Made by a program: the position numbers and the translations under genes
Assembly (NCBI GenBank): GCA_963693365.1
Contig: CAVNZM010000017.1
Location: forward strand, 1,341,989-1,405,988
Source: Amoebidium appalachense
Lineage: Eukaryota; Protista; Ichthyosporea
Direction of reading: 5' to 3'
Length of the DNA stretch: 64,000 nt
The notes under the pieces: model-generated
Databases searched by the model: none
What the model was told of the DNA's origin: nothing
What the model saw: the letters and a program-made list of their open reading frames with translations, nothing else
In this document: positions 1-17,136 of the stretch, one piece after another
Numbering within the stretch: position 1 is the stretch's first letter
Layout of the letters: the number at the start of each line of letters is the position of its first letter

Positions 1-3171
<3,171 letters not shown>

Positions 3172-3391
3172 GGTGAAAGCCGGAAGTGGTCGACCACAAC
3201 ACAACCGCCTGGTGTTCACAAGTTATGTTAGTGGGCTCCTTTTCTCCTTATTCAAATAAGAGAAAAGACCTGCAAGAACACAAGAGTGTGGCCCAACAGG
3301 TCAGCGCCCCTCCCCCCTTCATCCCCCCTCCCCCCCCCCCCCCCCCCCGAACCCTCCCCCTCCTTTTTTTTTCTTTTTCTTTTTTTTTTTT

Positions 3392-3461
<70 letters not shown>

Positions 3462-3864
3462 TAATGCATTTGTGTCATTGGGGCAGAGGTCGATGCTCAG
3501 GTATGGCAGGACCTGTGCTCAACCTTAGTTCAAGCAAACTGCTTTCAAAATCACAGGAGCAATTGATTTCTCAATGTGTTGCTCAAAAAACGGGATGTTC
3601 TGTGCATAACAATCACACTTTGTTTTGAGAATAGAAACTACGGGATTTTGAGTTGAGAACTTTTAACTCGGAAGGTATGGGTATGCTGTCTTATAGCGGC
3701 AAAGCCCAAATAAAAGGCTCGTCAAAAGTGGCAATTTCTTTAGTGTGAACAACAAGCTAACTAATGGAAACAAAGCAGCAACATTACTTCTCCTGTAGCC
3801 AAACAAGGGTCTGTGCCCAAAATGATGTGTTTTGTGTTGTGCTCTGTGACAAAGATGTGAGTAA

Positions 3865-3917
3865 AGAGCGGATTAGGGGTGCGGATTAGGGGTGATTAGG
3901 AGAGCGGATTAGGGGTG
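3865..3917. repeat. Short tandem repeat GCGGATTAGGGGT
   Basis: Three near-complete copies plus a partial copy. Confidence 0.7.
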
Positions 3918-5045
3918 CACACATCAAGAAAACAGGCCAGTTGCAGAAATCATTTTCGTGTAAAAAATGTACGTTTTCCTCTTTCAGTATGCCATACAAC
4001 TCTCCTCCCAGGTCTTGCTTCAATCCTCCCACAATTTTGTATGCATGCTCAATACTCCATCCTATGACTATTGAATGTGCCCCATCTATTCAAAACAGAG
4101 TGCTAGATTTAGACTTTCACACCTACTCAAACTTAACATACCTGCTGGTGATTTACGCTGGTCTGGAAGCAGCCTTCTGCTTGGCTATTTCGATGCTTTC
4201 ATAGCATCCACTGAGCCACCACACCTACTAATGCAAATGTGATGTCTGTGTCGTTCTCTGACACGGCTAAATATATAGCTCGTAATTGGGTGGACTTGAG
4301 GGTGGGTAGAAAGAGAAAGGTTCACCAAAAAAGATCCTTTGTTGCTATAATGATTGAATAGCAGCTAAAAAATGGCATTTCTACTCTTCTACTCCTTCTT
4401 TTCAATGTTGTCAACCATGTCTCCCACTATGCTGTCCTTCTTTTTCGTGCTGCATAGCATATATCTAAAGAAAAGACGCCATCTCGCAGCGATGTGAGTG
4501 CTCCTGCCTATACTTGGGCTACTTCTGCCAAACCTATAAGCCACCCTACTTAAAAGGTTTCATGGGGAAACCCTAATCGTCACCGGAACACTACAATACG
4601 TTCAAGTCTGGGCTCCGACAAAGTAATATTAGCGCGCCTTCAGTTTGCGTTTTGTGATGAAGCACTACCGCACCCAAATTTTCGCGCGCTTTTTGATGCT
4701 GATATCGCCCAAACTTGCGCAAGTGATTTATGACGTCATCCTACACTCCAGCTCGCGACACCGTTTTCAGAGGGCCGTGCCGCAAACCAAGGCCCACTTG
4801 TAGTCTCCCCCGGGCCAGCCGTCGTAGTCGGAGTCGTATTCTCCGAGGCTTTGTACCCGCTGGCTTACGTAAGTGGCCGGGGGGGGCTACGACGCTGCGG
4901 GACAAGCTTATGTTAGAAAGCCGCAGGGAGACAGCACATGTGTCAAGTACTAGTTAAGACCTTATTGAGATTTTTTATATTTAAATTGGCGACGTCCAGT
5001 GGCAGAGAGGGAGGGGGGTGGGGGGAGGGGGTGGAGGGGGGAAGT

Positions 5046-5076
<31 letters not shown>

Positions 5077-5104
5077 GGGGGGGAGGGGTCCCCGGGAATT
5101 CGAA

Positions 5105-5135
<31 letters not shown>

Positions 5136-5427
5136 CTTTTGACTGGACTGTTCTGGAAGTTTACCAGGGTACTTGATGCATTGTTTTTTGCAGGAGACTC
5201 TAATTATCTCAAAGATTGGCAAAGGTTATGTAGGGCTACTGGATGATATCATCATGAACAGTTGCAACCTATGATGATATGGCCACATATTATATCTGAT
5301 TCATGATATGCATACGGTAAACCGTTCATTATCAAAGGGGCCTGAAACGTAACAAACTGAATGATTATGTGCATCATGTGTGCATGTATGTGTAACGGTC
5401 TGTATGTCACTGCGGTGTGTGTCAGAG

Positions 5428-5517
<90 letters not shown>

Positions 5518-5541
5518 AACTTTGCGTGTGTGTGTGTGTCA

Positions 5542-5674
<133 letters not shown>

Positions 5675-6556
5675 CGCGCGCGTGTCACGGTGTGTCACGG
5701 TGTATATGTGTGTGGGTGTGGACTGATGATGATCAAGAAAGGACTCGAATTGTACTACTGAGAAATTGAGCAGTTGGCAAGCTTATCATAGTATGAAGTA
5801 GGAAAAACTATGCAAGATCATTCATTGGTCCCTTGAATCTTAACATCGGCCAACCCTTCTTATGTCGCCCCCGAGGCTCTCCTTTTTTTTTTTTTTTTTG
5901 GTTTCTTGATATTAATGTTGTAGAATGCCATTGTAATTACTTCCGAGGACTCGTCGGACCGGTGATCATAGTACTGGATATTGACTACTGCAGAAAAGTT
6001 TCCGGGTTGCACAAGTTCAGGTGTTTTCAAGGTCCCCTCCGGAAAACGACACGGGCACCGTCCACAAACATGAATCCCCCAAAAGATGGTCGTGTTGGGG
6101 GGACGCGGCCCTGATCCCGCTCACGGATATTGCCCGCAGGGAGGGGGCCGGGGGGAGAAAGGGTGCCCCGGGGGGGGGATGGTGCGGGGGGGGGGGAGGG
6201 GGGGGGGGGGGGAGGGATGTTTTTGCGGAAAGCAGATGCCCATGGCCAGGCAGGGTGCACCTTGTGCATGCATAGCCCCGGGAAGAGGGGGGGGAGGGTA
6301 GGGGGGGGGGGGGGGGGGGGGGGGGGAGGTTGCTTAGAAGCACAGAAGCTTCGAAGGGAGTCGGGCCATTGGGGGAGGGGGGGGTGAGGGGGGGGTGAGG
6401 GGGAGGGGGGGTTGCCAAGTTCCAGGGTAGGGACTTTTTTTTGTTGGGGGGGGGGGGGGGGGGGGATGTGGGGAGGGCGAGGAGGGCAGAGAGGGGGGAA
6501 GAAGGATGGAGGATGGGGGGAGGAGGGGGGGAGGAAAGGGGGAAGGCGGGCCGGGG

Positions 6557-6635
<79 letters not shown>

Positions 6636-7308
6636 CGCGGGGGGGGAGGGTATAGATTTTGGAGACTCAGATCCAACCGTTCGTTATCCGCATACCGATA
6701 AAGTGACCACCCGAGTATGTCCTTGGCAAGGTTAAGAAAACGGGCACTCGGTGTGCGTTCTCACTGGCACCAATTCAGAATTTCTACTAATTCTGGCCCT
6801 AAGGTATCACAGTGTGTCGGACTCGCACCGTAGGTACCGGTGGCGGCAGTATACATAATGGACTCCAGCCATTGCTGCTACAGCATTGCGGCGGTGATTC
6901 AAGCGTGCTGGGGGACGGGAAAGCTGTACATAGTAGTCCGACACTTTTGGCCTGTCAGGTGAGTGTAGGTTGCCAGCCTACTGTGGTGGTTACTCTTAAT
7001 TCATTTCAAAGTTTTGAAAACATGTCTATAATCATGACATGGCCATTGGGCCACCTAGCCAACCACTGGAGCCGGATTGACATCCCACGGGGAGGGGGGG
7101 GGGGGGGGGGGGGGGGGGGATTTTTTAATCATTAAATGTGATCGCCTTGCCGGAGCCTCTAGCATGTGACGGTCACAAACAACGGTTCCCGGCGCATGCA
7201 TCATTACATTGGCTATCGATGATCCATACTATACATATGATGGCATGGGCCTACTGTACACGCCTGTATGCACACCACACATAATCTCACGGAATTTACT
7301 AGGAGTAA

Positions 7309-7339
<31 letters not shown>

Positions 7340-7410
7340 AGGGGGGGGGGGGAGGGGGGGGGGGGGGAAGGGGAGCAAGCCTGGGGGGGGGGGGGGGGGG
7401 GGGAGGGGGG

Positions 7411-7560
7411 GTTGTAGCCTTATCATTGTTTTTCACAGTTTTTCTAAGGCTTTTTCCGTTGGGGGCGCGGGGGGGGGGGGGGGGGGGGGGGGGGGGTTGT
7501 AGCGTGTCATTGTTTTTCGGAGTTTTTCTAAGGCTTTTTCCGTTGGGCGGGGGAGCCTCA
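7411..7560. repeat. Direct duplication of a ~55 bp unit separated by a poly-G run
   Basis: GTTGTAGC...TCATTGTTTTTC...AGTTTTTCTAAGGCTTTTTCCGTTGGG occurs twice. Confidence 0.75.
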
Positions 7561-7947
7561 GGGGGAGGGGGTGGGGGGGGAGAATCCATCACCAACAGTA
7601 GCAGGTGCGTCCGTCCAACCTCGGGAAGGGGGGAACCCTGCAAACCCACCCATCCATCCGGCTGCTATCGGATATCATGACTCGAGACTCTGCGCAGTGA
7701 TTATTTGGCAGCAGTTAACTAACCAATCCCAACACGTAAACGAAAAAGCCTAGCTGAGTATTTCATACTATGTGACTCGGATCCACCATAGTACTCAGGC
7801 ACTCTCTCTCCCCATCTCTCTTTCCCCCACCTCCCCCCTCTTCTCCTCTCAGCGCCCCCCCCCCCCCCCCCCCCCCCCCCACCTCCCCCCTCTTCTCCTC
7901 TCAGCGCCTCCCCCTCTCCGCCCCCCCCCCTCTCCCTCTCTCCTTCT

Positions 7948-7989
<42 letters not shown>

Positions 7990-8110
7990 AGATATAGTAT
8001 ATCTCTCTTACCCCCTCCCCCCCCCCCCACACACACACACAACCTCTCTCCGCCCCGGAGCCCCCACTCGTTCTCGCCCCCCTCTCTCCGAGTCTCACAC
8101 ACACTTTCTC

Positions 8111-8144
<34 letters not shown>

Positions 8145-8264
8145 TCTCTCTCTCTCTCTCTTTCTCTTTCTCTCTGAGACTCTCTCTCTCTCCCTCTCTC
8201 TCTCCGGACCCTCTCCCTTTCTCTGTCTCCTCTCTCTCTCCCCCCTCCATCTCTCTCTCCCCCC

Positions 8265-8345
<81 letters not shown>

Positions 8346-8682
8346 AGGTTTCTCTCTGCCAGAGAGTCTCTCTCTCGGAGGCTCTTCTCTCTCTCTCTTT
8401 CAGTCTCTCTCTCAGTCTCTCTCTCTCTCTCTCTCTTTCGTCTCGCTCTCGAGTCCCTCTCTCTAGTGTGTATGTCTCCCCCCCCCCCCCCCCCACTCTC
8501 TCTCTCTCGAGTTCCCCGGTCCCCCCCCCCCTCCCCCCGCCCCTGAACTCCCCCCCCTTTCTCCCTCCCCCTCCTCCCCCCACGCTCTCACATCGTGGCT
8601 TGTCTCCTTCCCGGGGCCTCTTCCCATCTCAGTGCTCCGTTTCCTTCACGGTGAATATGTGGGGTCTCGGTATTAGTGTTGG

Positions 8683-8714
<32 letters not shown>

Positions 8715-8723
8715 GGCGTCCAC

Positions 8724-8795
<72 letters not shown>

Positions 8796-9030
8796 GTTGG
8801 GTGGCCGAGGCCCGTGGGTGGGAGGGTGGAAGTGGACAGGGAGTCTTCGCATTTCGGGAAAAAAATGAAATGAAAAGGATAACCAGTGTCAAAGTTTCAA
8901 ATGCATATGATATGGGCCCTCTCTCTCTCTCTCTCTCTCCCTCTCTCCCTCTCTCTCCCTCTCTCCCTCTCTCTCCCTCTCTCCCTCTCTCCCTCTCTCC
9001 CTCTCTCCCTCTCTCCCTCTCTCCCTCTCT

Positions 9031-9097
<67 letters not shown>

Positions 9098-9228
9098 TCC
9101 CTCTCCCTCTCCCTCTCCCTCTCCCCCCCCCCCTCCCCCCCCTCTCTCTCATATATATATTGGTTCACTGACGGTCATGGTGGATCACCCTGCCGCGATC
9201 CTCCTGCCCTCTACCCCTTCCCCCTCCC

Positions 9229-9286
<58 letters not shown>

Positions 9287-9299
9287 GCGCGCATTGCTG

Positions 9300-9437
<138 letters not shown>

Positions 9438-9700
9438 ATGACCTGTGCACACATATGCATTGAAACACGTGTGCACACATTAATATTGTGACACACCCAT
9501 CTGATACACACAGTATGAAACTCTACGAATGCATTACAATTATGTCACAACTTGAGGCGTTGACTATCATGTACGTTGGATCTCTCGTTGCGATATATCT
9601 CTTCGTGCCTCTCTCGTTGCATGTCCGATGGCATCATAAAAAATCTAAAAATTTGATCATTGTTGCTGAACTTTAGCCTCTCTCTTGCATGGGTCAACAT

Positions 9701-10299
9701 CAGGGATGTGTCGGTTTGGGTCGACCCGAGAACCAACCCGGCCCACCCAACCCCGACCCGGGGCATTTTTGCTCAAACCCGGTCGGCTTTATGACCCGGC
9801 GGGTCAGACCCGAACCCAGAGTCGTTCGATGACTCTGACCCGGTCAGTTTCCGCCGGGTCTGGGTAAAGCATGATATATTAACCATAATAAGTAGTAAAA
9901 TTGGATTGATAATTGGTTTTCAGGGATTGCACAGTGAACCAATAACAATACAGTATTTTATTCATGTCCATATATGGTAGTATAAACATTGCCGAGGCAT
10001 AGTTAGCTACAGTAGTGGAGTACTGAGGCTAGGCTAGCGCTTTAATATAAAAAGAAAAAGAAAAAGAAAAAGAAAAAAGAGAGAGACAAACGTGACTGCC
10101 GTGCACGTTACGTTGTGTTTGCTTTAGTCACCACAACCAAGCTCTATATAATCAAGTAAGCCGCAAGCACACGAGCACTGTCTGTTCACATTCGGACAAC
10201 ATGCGTGGACCTCGAACGCAGCTGTCAAGTATTCACCACCATGTATGACACACCCACACACACCCCTCACGTACATGCATGTGCACACACAGCACGCGT

Positions 10300-10340
<41 letters not shown>

Positions 10341-10393
10341 CGTGAGCACATGTGCACACACAGCACGCAAGCATATCACACACACACACAAGT

Positions 10394-10429
<36 letters not shown>

Positions 10430-10665
10430 ATACATGTCACACACGTATATGGCCAGTTCGGGCGAACACCCCGGAGGTTTTCGCATTTGGTAACCCGCAG
10501 GTCAACCCCGGATCACAAGCGTCCAAGACCCGAGAACCAACCCGGTCCGGACCGAAAAAAAAAAAAACGACACGGCCCGAGATCCACCCGGCCTTTGCGT
10601 AAACCCGCCCGAGACCCACCCGGCCAGTGACCGACACATCCGGGTGACATTGTGCCGGATCCCTG
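9701..10665. mobile_element. Non-autonomous hAT-type DNA transposon
   Basis: Termini CAGGGAT...ATCCCTG, perfect 8-bp TSD GTCAACAT (9693-9700 and 10666-10673), and dense subterminal GACCCG/ACCCGG repeats at both ends. No transposase ORF. Confidence 0.9.
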
Positions 10666-11087
10666 GTCAACATGTTGCGCCCATGGACGTCCGTCCGTCC
10701 GTGCACGTGACCATTTCCGCGGTAAATTTGAAGCACCAATCGGAATTGCCGCCTGCGTACAAGTGCAACGCCTCATTTCATGATCCCGTCTGATCGATAC
10801 GTGCCTGTCCTACCCCCTAAGGATTCGAGGAAGTGTTTTAGATAGTTGCCTTCGCTTAAATAAAGCACATTGCATGTGCACACATTTGAAAAAAGTGAGA
10901 AAACTCGTTTTTATTACCATAATGTTACCTAAAAGTAGAACAAACAATTTTATTACCAATTACCCAGAGAAGGTCCCAAAAATGTTAATCTCACGCATTT
11001 TGATAAAGCATTGAATTTACATTGTACTGCAATGCGCCCCGCAATAACAAAGTTAGGGGATGGGAGCTGGGACTGGGAGTGCCCCAG

Positions 11088-11116
11088 CCAATAAAACGCC
11101 ACCGTCGACCCACGTT
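11088..11116 (+). promoter_or_regulatory. Distal CCAAT-N18-CACGTT composite element upstream of PiT copy 1
   Basis: CCAAT at 11088-11092 and CACGTT at 11111-11116, with the same 18-nt spacing as the other three copies. Confidence 0.5.
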
Positions 11117-11630
11117 CAGCTGCGACGATGCAATTTTGCGAATCTCACTTCGCGAAGTTTAGAGAACACTTGCGTAAACATGTTCGCAATAATGGGGGTA
11201 TCCGCTGACCGTTTGACACTGTCTGAGATTCACTCATTTGTGTTTCACTGTATATGAAAAATTATCGAAATGAAACTCGCTATGTACTGTATGGATATTT
11301 GGCTGAATTCAGTTGAAGCCAATCGTGTTCAGGTTGCGGTCGTTGCCAGATAAACATGGCATACGGTACATACCGCCCGTGCCGGGGGCCGTGTGGCGGG
11401 TACATATATGACCGCTCAGGTATAAAGTTTACATCCTTCTGGAGTCATATGCGATACGTGGAAGCGCTATAATGTGCACTTCTGCCATATAGGCTTTTGT
11501 CCTGTTTCTTGACGAAACATCTGTTATTGATGAAAATTCCCGTTATTTGGAGGACCCTGTCTCTGCCATGCGTATACATTTATATGCACGGCGTTGCACG
11601 CACTCCCAAACTTGAGTGGTGCGCAGGCGT

Positions 11631-11659
11631 CCAATAGAATCGACAGATGACCCCACGTG
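11631..11659 (+). promoter_or_regulatory. CCAAT-N18-CACGTG composite element upstream of PiT copy 1
   Basis: CCAATAGAATCGACAGATGACCCCACGTG, conserved with 18753-18781 (-) and 23833-23861 (+). Confidence 0.7.
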
Positions 11660-11851
11660 CCCCCTACCTATAGAGGGATGGTTTGGCTACGCCTCCATCC
11701 ATGTCCTAAAAACCACAGAAGATAAAGTAATAAGTAATATGATTAAACATTTAATGCATGTTTCGGTTCTGTTACGGTTTTGAAAGAAAACTAGAAAGAG
11801 ATGTATGCGCTTTGCATTTTGTTATTGCCATTGCAGAAGTGTGCGGAACGT

Positions 11852-11894
11852 CCAATCAGCGTTCGCCTACACATGCTTTCAGCAGTTATATAAA
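11852..11894 (+). promoter_or_regulatory. Proximal promoter of PiT copy 1 (CCAAT box + TATA box)
   Basis: CCAATCAGCG followed by TATATAAA about 70 nt before the ATG. CCAATCA(G/A)CG plus a TATA-like motif also precede copies 2 and 3. Confidence 0.6.
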
Positions 11895-11962
11895 GCGCCT
11901 CACACGCACAGATCACTCAGTTCCCACTTCCAAGTCGCGTGTGTGCGTACACAACAGGGAAA

Positions 11963-13724
11963 ATGGTCTCCGGAACGGTGGTGATGGCGCCGAATTCCTT
12001 GCAATGGATTTTCGTGCTGTCCATGATTGTGTCGTTCTTTGACGCCTTCTCCATTGGCGCCAACGACGTCGCAAACTCGTTCGCTACGGCTGTGGGTGCC
12101 GGTACACTCTCGCTCAAGCAGGCCTGCTGCATTGCCCTGTTCACCGAGTTCTTGGGCGCCGTGGCCCTCGGCAGCAACACGGCCAAGACCATTGCCGGTG
12201 ACATCATCTCCATCAAGCTGTACAATGGCCGCCCCGACCTGCTGATGGTGAGTGCACCTGTCCTCTGTGGCCATGCTTTCTATCGTGCCCCATCGTTCTG
12301 CGAATCTTTCTCCTTTTGACCCGTTGCTTTTGCAACCTATCTACCTACTAGTGCTGATACATTAAATGCAAGTGCAACAGTTGCTGACCTCTCCTCCCCT
12401 CCAGTTCTCGATGATGTGCGCCATGATCGGCAGCACCTCGTGGGTCATCATGGCCACCCGCATGGCCATGCCCGTCTCCACCACCCACTCCATTGTCGGT
12501 GCCGTTCTGGGCGTGGGTGTGTCTGCCTTCGGCCTTGGCGTCGTGGACTGGGGCTATGACAAGCTGGGCAAGATTCTCATCTCGTTTGCCATCTCCCCAG
12601 CCATTGCTGGTGCCTTTGCGTCCATCATTTTCCTCATCACCAAGTACGGTGTGCTGCATGCTCCCAATGCCTTTGAGCGCGCCCTGTGGACCTGCCCCAT
12701 CTATGGTGCCGCCACCAGCGCCCTCGTCATGGCCTTCTGGGTCAAGAAGGGTACCCCCTCGCTCAAGCTCGACCAGAAGCCCATCGGCATTCAGCTGGCC
12801 ATCATTCTCGGCACCACTGCCGTGGTGACCCTCTTGTGCATCTTCGTGGTGGTCCCCTACTTCCGCAAACGTGCTGTCCGCATTGAGCAGGAGGAGGCCG
12901 AGAAGGCCGAGCGCCAGGCTCAGGCTGCTGCCGCTGCTGCTGCGGGTGTCGCTGACGGGAAGGGCAAGGATGATACTATTGGTGAGTCGATGGCCATTGA
13001 TGTGAATGGTAGCTCCAGTGGGGAGGAGCAGGCGCCTGCCTTCAGCAACGACAAGGCCGGGTTCCTCAAGCACTGGGCAAACAAGACCATCCTCAGCGGT
13101 GTCAACAAGGAGGTGGCCCACTACAAGACCGAGGGCAAGGGCAACATGGTGGACATGACCGACGCCCACGCCCGCGCCACCAAGTACGACCCCAAGGCCG
13201 AGAATGTGTTCAAGTTCGTGCAGGTCTTCACGTCTTCCATGGCCTCCTTTGCCCACGGTGCCAACGATGTCGGTAACGCCATTGCCCCCCTGGCCACCGT
13301 CTACTACATTTACAAGAACGGCATTGTGCCTGCCGGTGCCGTTCCCGTGCAAACCTGGATGCTTGCCTATGGTGGTGCCGGTATCAACCTCGGTCTCCTG
13401 CTGTACGGCTACCACATCATGCGCTCGCTCGGCAACAACATCACCTACCACTCGCCCTCGCGTGGGTTTGCCATGGAGCTGGGTGCGTCTGTCACGGTGC
13501 TGACTGCGGCCTACAACGGTCTGCCCGTGTCGTCGACCCACTGCATTGCCGGGGCCACGGCGGCGGTTGGTTTGTGCAACGGCGATGCCAAGGCCATTAA
13601 CTGGAGAATGGTGGCCGTGTGTATTTTCGGCTGGCTGCTCACCCTGCCCCTTGCCGGTACCATTGCTGGTTTGATTGTTGCCTTCGGCGCAAACGCACCA
13701 AACTTCAACCCTGGCTTCCCATAA
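11963..13724 (+). CDS. PiT (PHO4-domain, SLC20/Pho89-like) Na+/phosphate symporter, copy 1, 534 aa
   Basis: Exons 11963-12247 and 12405-13724 with a GTGAGT..CCAG intron. Both PiT signatures (IGANDVANSF, HGANDVGNA), PVSTTH/PVSSTH motifs, multiple TM segments and strong GC3 bias. Confidence 0.95.
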
Positions 13725-14602
13725 TTTATAAAAATCTAAGATATGCCCGAAGTGGCGGCTTTAGATGTTGTACATATATGATATGACGGGCTTGGTAGGT
13801 AACATCCGTAAGTACTACGTAGTTTCTGATTTAATTCTGCTGGAGATTAATTTTCTATATGCGAACAGAGTAGTTCGTGCTGTATCTGCCTGACTGGCTC
13901 AGGTATAACTTATAACTTGGATGATGAAATAGTGATGGCCAATTAATACACAGTGAACCTTCAATCATACGACTGGCACTTTTTGTGTGGTTCCTGCCTT
14001 GCCTACTTCAACCAAACTCCGGCTCTGTTTAAGATGCACATATACTGCTACCCACACACGAGGACACGCCCCTACATTGCATTCCCCGTCACACATACAG
14101 AGGAAATCATTAAAATAGCACGTACAGAAACACAGTGATGTACACGGATATGCATGCACTGACCACACCACACAACAGGAACTATGTGCGCGCACACATA
14201 CACGAACACACACGCACACGCATTCACGAAAGAAACATCGTCGGCGCGCACACATATACAAGCACATTCACGTACGACGTGCACGCACACACGTGTATGA
14301 TGCGCTCAGCCCCCCCCCCCCCCCCCCTCCCTCCCCCTCCCCCCCCCTCCCCCCCCCTCCACCACCACCAAAAAAAAAAAAAAAAAAAACACTCCAATTG
14401 CCCCAAAAACTATTCTCCTCCTCCCCCCCCCCCCCCCCCTCCCGCCCCACCTCTCTGTCGGCTCCCTCCTGCACAACTCTGTGCAATCCTCGCCTTCCCA
14501 AGTTAGCTCTCCATGTGGATTCTCTGTCTCGATCAATATGTCCACATTTGAGTGGGTGTGTGTGGGTGTGTGGGCGTGGGTGTGTGTATACATCATTGTG
14601 TG

Positions 14603-14697
<95 letters not shown>

Positions 14698-15668
14698 CAC
14701 GTGCACTAGAAAACCAAAACCCAACCCCAAGTTAGGGCCCAGTGGTAATCAACCATATAAAGGTATTTGGAAACCCCAAACAAAACAACAACTTAAACCG
14801 AAAACTTTGAAACATAGGATCACATCTAATTGACAAAACAAAACAAAGCAAGAGCACATGTACACTGAGCATGTGAGATTTTGGGCCCAATCGGCACGTA
14901 TTCAAGGTAACGGAAACAGCCGATATGTGCATGAACATTATCATTTTATGAATCATAAAATTATAATGCAAATTAAGTCCTGCCCACGTTCTGGCCAGTG
15001 TATACACGGCATAGCAGGTATCACGCAGTGCACGGCCACAAAGCGTATCCTAATCCCCTCCGCCTCCCCCCCCCCCCCCTCCCCCCCCCCCCCCCCCTTT
15101 CCCCGCCCCCTCCCCTCCTCCCCGTGACTGAAAAGAAGAGAGAGAGAAAAAAAAACAAAAAAAAAACAAAAACAAACACACATGCACCTGCCCTACCCTA
15201 GAAAACGTTCCCACGGAACAGGGGGCTCCATTACCGGGTGTGTGTGCGCGCGTGTGTGTGTGTGTGGGGGGGGGGGGAGGGGGGAGGGGGGGAGGGGGGG
15301 GGGGGGGGGTTAAAAATGAGATAACGAACCCTTAACGGGCGAGGAACCTTAGGATTCTAGAACCTACCTCGGGGACCCGTTCTACCTCTTGTCTCAAAAC
15401 TTTGTTACCCTTGTACGCCTAGCCACGGCGTCACACCTCACAATCACTATCAATTTTCCTTTCCGATGAAGTTCAACGGATGGCCAGTGAGTTTATTTTC
15501 AATATAAATGACCATCAATGCTGCCCTTTGCAGCATTTCAGCTTTGGGCTGTTTGGAATGCTTTACTTAGAAGCTTAAGGGGCCCGAGAAAGATGTTGGG
15601 GGAGAAGGGGGGGGGGGGGGGGGGGGGGGGGTTGCAGTAGACAATGGCGATGATTCTCTGGCCCTGGG

Positions 15669-15708
<40 letters not shown>

Positions 15709-16012
15709 AGGAAGAGGGAGGGGGGGGAGGGGGGGGGGGGGAGTCATACCCACCGGCTCACGAGGGTGGTAGGTTTCCCGTGGCACCTCCCCACCTCCCC
15801 AACTTAGCAACGTTACACAAATTTCTTTTTGCATCGGCTATGATGCAGATTCGACAGGCTCACACATGAATGATGTCGACATTGTGATGTAAATGGTTCT
15901 GGCAGTGCCAATCATCGTGAGATTGCTTCCCCCCCCCCCCCCCCCCCCCCCCCCCCCACCCACCCAACCCACCCACCCCGGCCACGGCGCAAACTAGGCA
16001 TTGTGGTTGTGT

Positions 16013-16076
<64 letters not shown>

Positions 16077-16739
16077 GTGTCACACAGTGTGTGTGTCTAA
16101 GTACCATTAGCATTGTTCAAACGTCGCAGTGACCTTAGTGGAAGTTATATCAAGGAAAGGAGGGCCGGGGGAGGGGGGGGGGAGGGGGGGGGGGGGGGGG
16201 TGCAGCAGGAACCAACCCTTTTCAAAACAGGCAGGCGACCTGCACGTGCCTGGGGCGGAGGAGATCACTCCACTTGAAGGCACACATGTGGCAAAGTGAG
16301 CATTTTGAGCCTTCCCAAAGTCAATCAGACTCTTGAGAGGAGCAGGAGGAGAAGGAGGTATACGGTGGTGGTCGGGAGATGGGTTATTTTTTTTGTTTGT
16401 TTGTTTTTTTTTTTGGGGGGGGGGGGGGGAGGGGGGGGGGGGAGGGGGGGGGGGGGGGGGGGGGGGGAAGGGGAGGGGGGGGAGGGGGGGAGTGGCAAAC
16501 CTATTTTCTTGCTAATGGTGTACTGATTATAATGTGGGGTGTGGCGTCTTGAGAGGTATTATGGGTGCGGAGCCTCCTAATTCAATGACTGCAGGGGGCC
16601 GGGATATCGGTGGGGTTGCAATTTAGAGGAGATTCGAAAAATCATTACCCCCTTCAGAGTCATCTATTTGAGTTTTGCGAAGTGCTGATGGTACACGTAA
16701 AAATTTGGTTCGGGTTGGGTTGAGAGGTGGGGGGGCTCC

Positions 16740-16774
<35 letters not shown>

Positions 16775-17136
16775 GAAGAGAGAGAGGGGGGGGGGGGGGG
16801 GGGGGGGATATGAGGGCATGGTCAGCTCGAAAACCAACAGTTCAAGTTTTGTATTGTACAATTCATCACCAATAATTTACAGGTTCAAGTTAAGGCACAT
16901 CTACGTATGACATATTATTATGATAGAAGTTCACTACATTTCCTAAGTACTCTTTACAACCAACACTTGAACCATGTACAGTTTTAAGTTGCGAATTACT
17001 AAATGATTAAACTACCAAGGAAATGGGTCTACCGAACCCACTGCAGTGATATGCATCAGATCATATATGTACAACAAATTAGTTTAGAGCCACTGTCTCA
17101 GATCTCATTACTGCTTCACCGTGTGAGTGTTGTAAC

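Noticed and set aside
3865-3917. Interstitial telomere (contains TTAGGG)
   Set aside because: The unit is 13 bp with only about 3 copies, not a (TTAGGG)n array.
12348-13541. Long antisense ORFs over the PiT genes (also 25345-26232)
   Set aside because: Shadow ORFs expected from strong GC3 codon bias on the sense strand.
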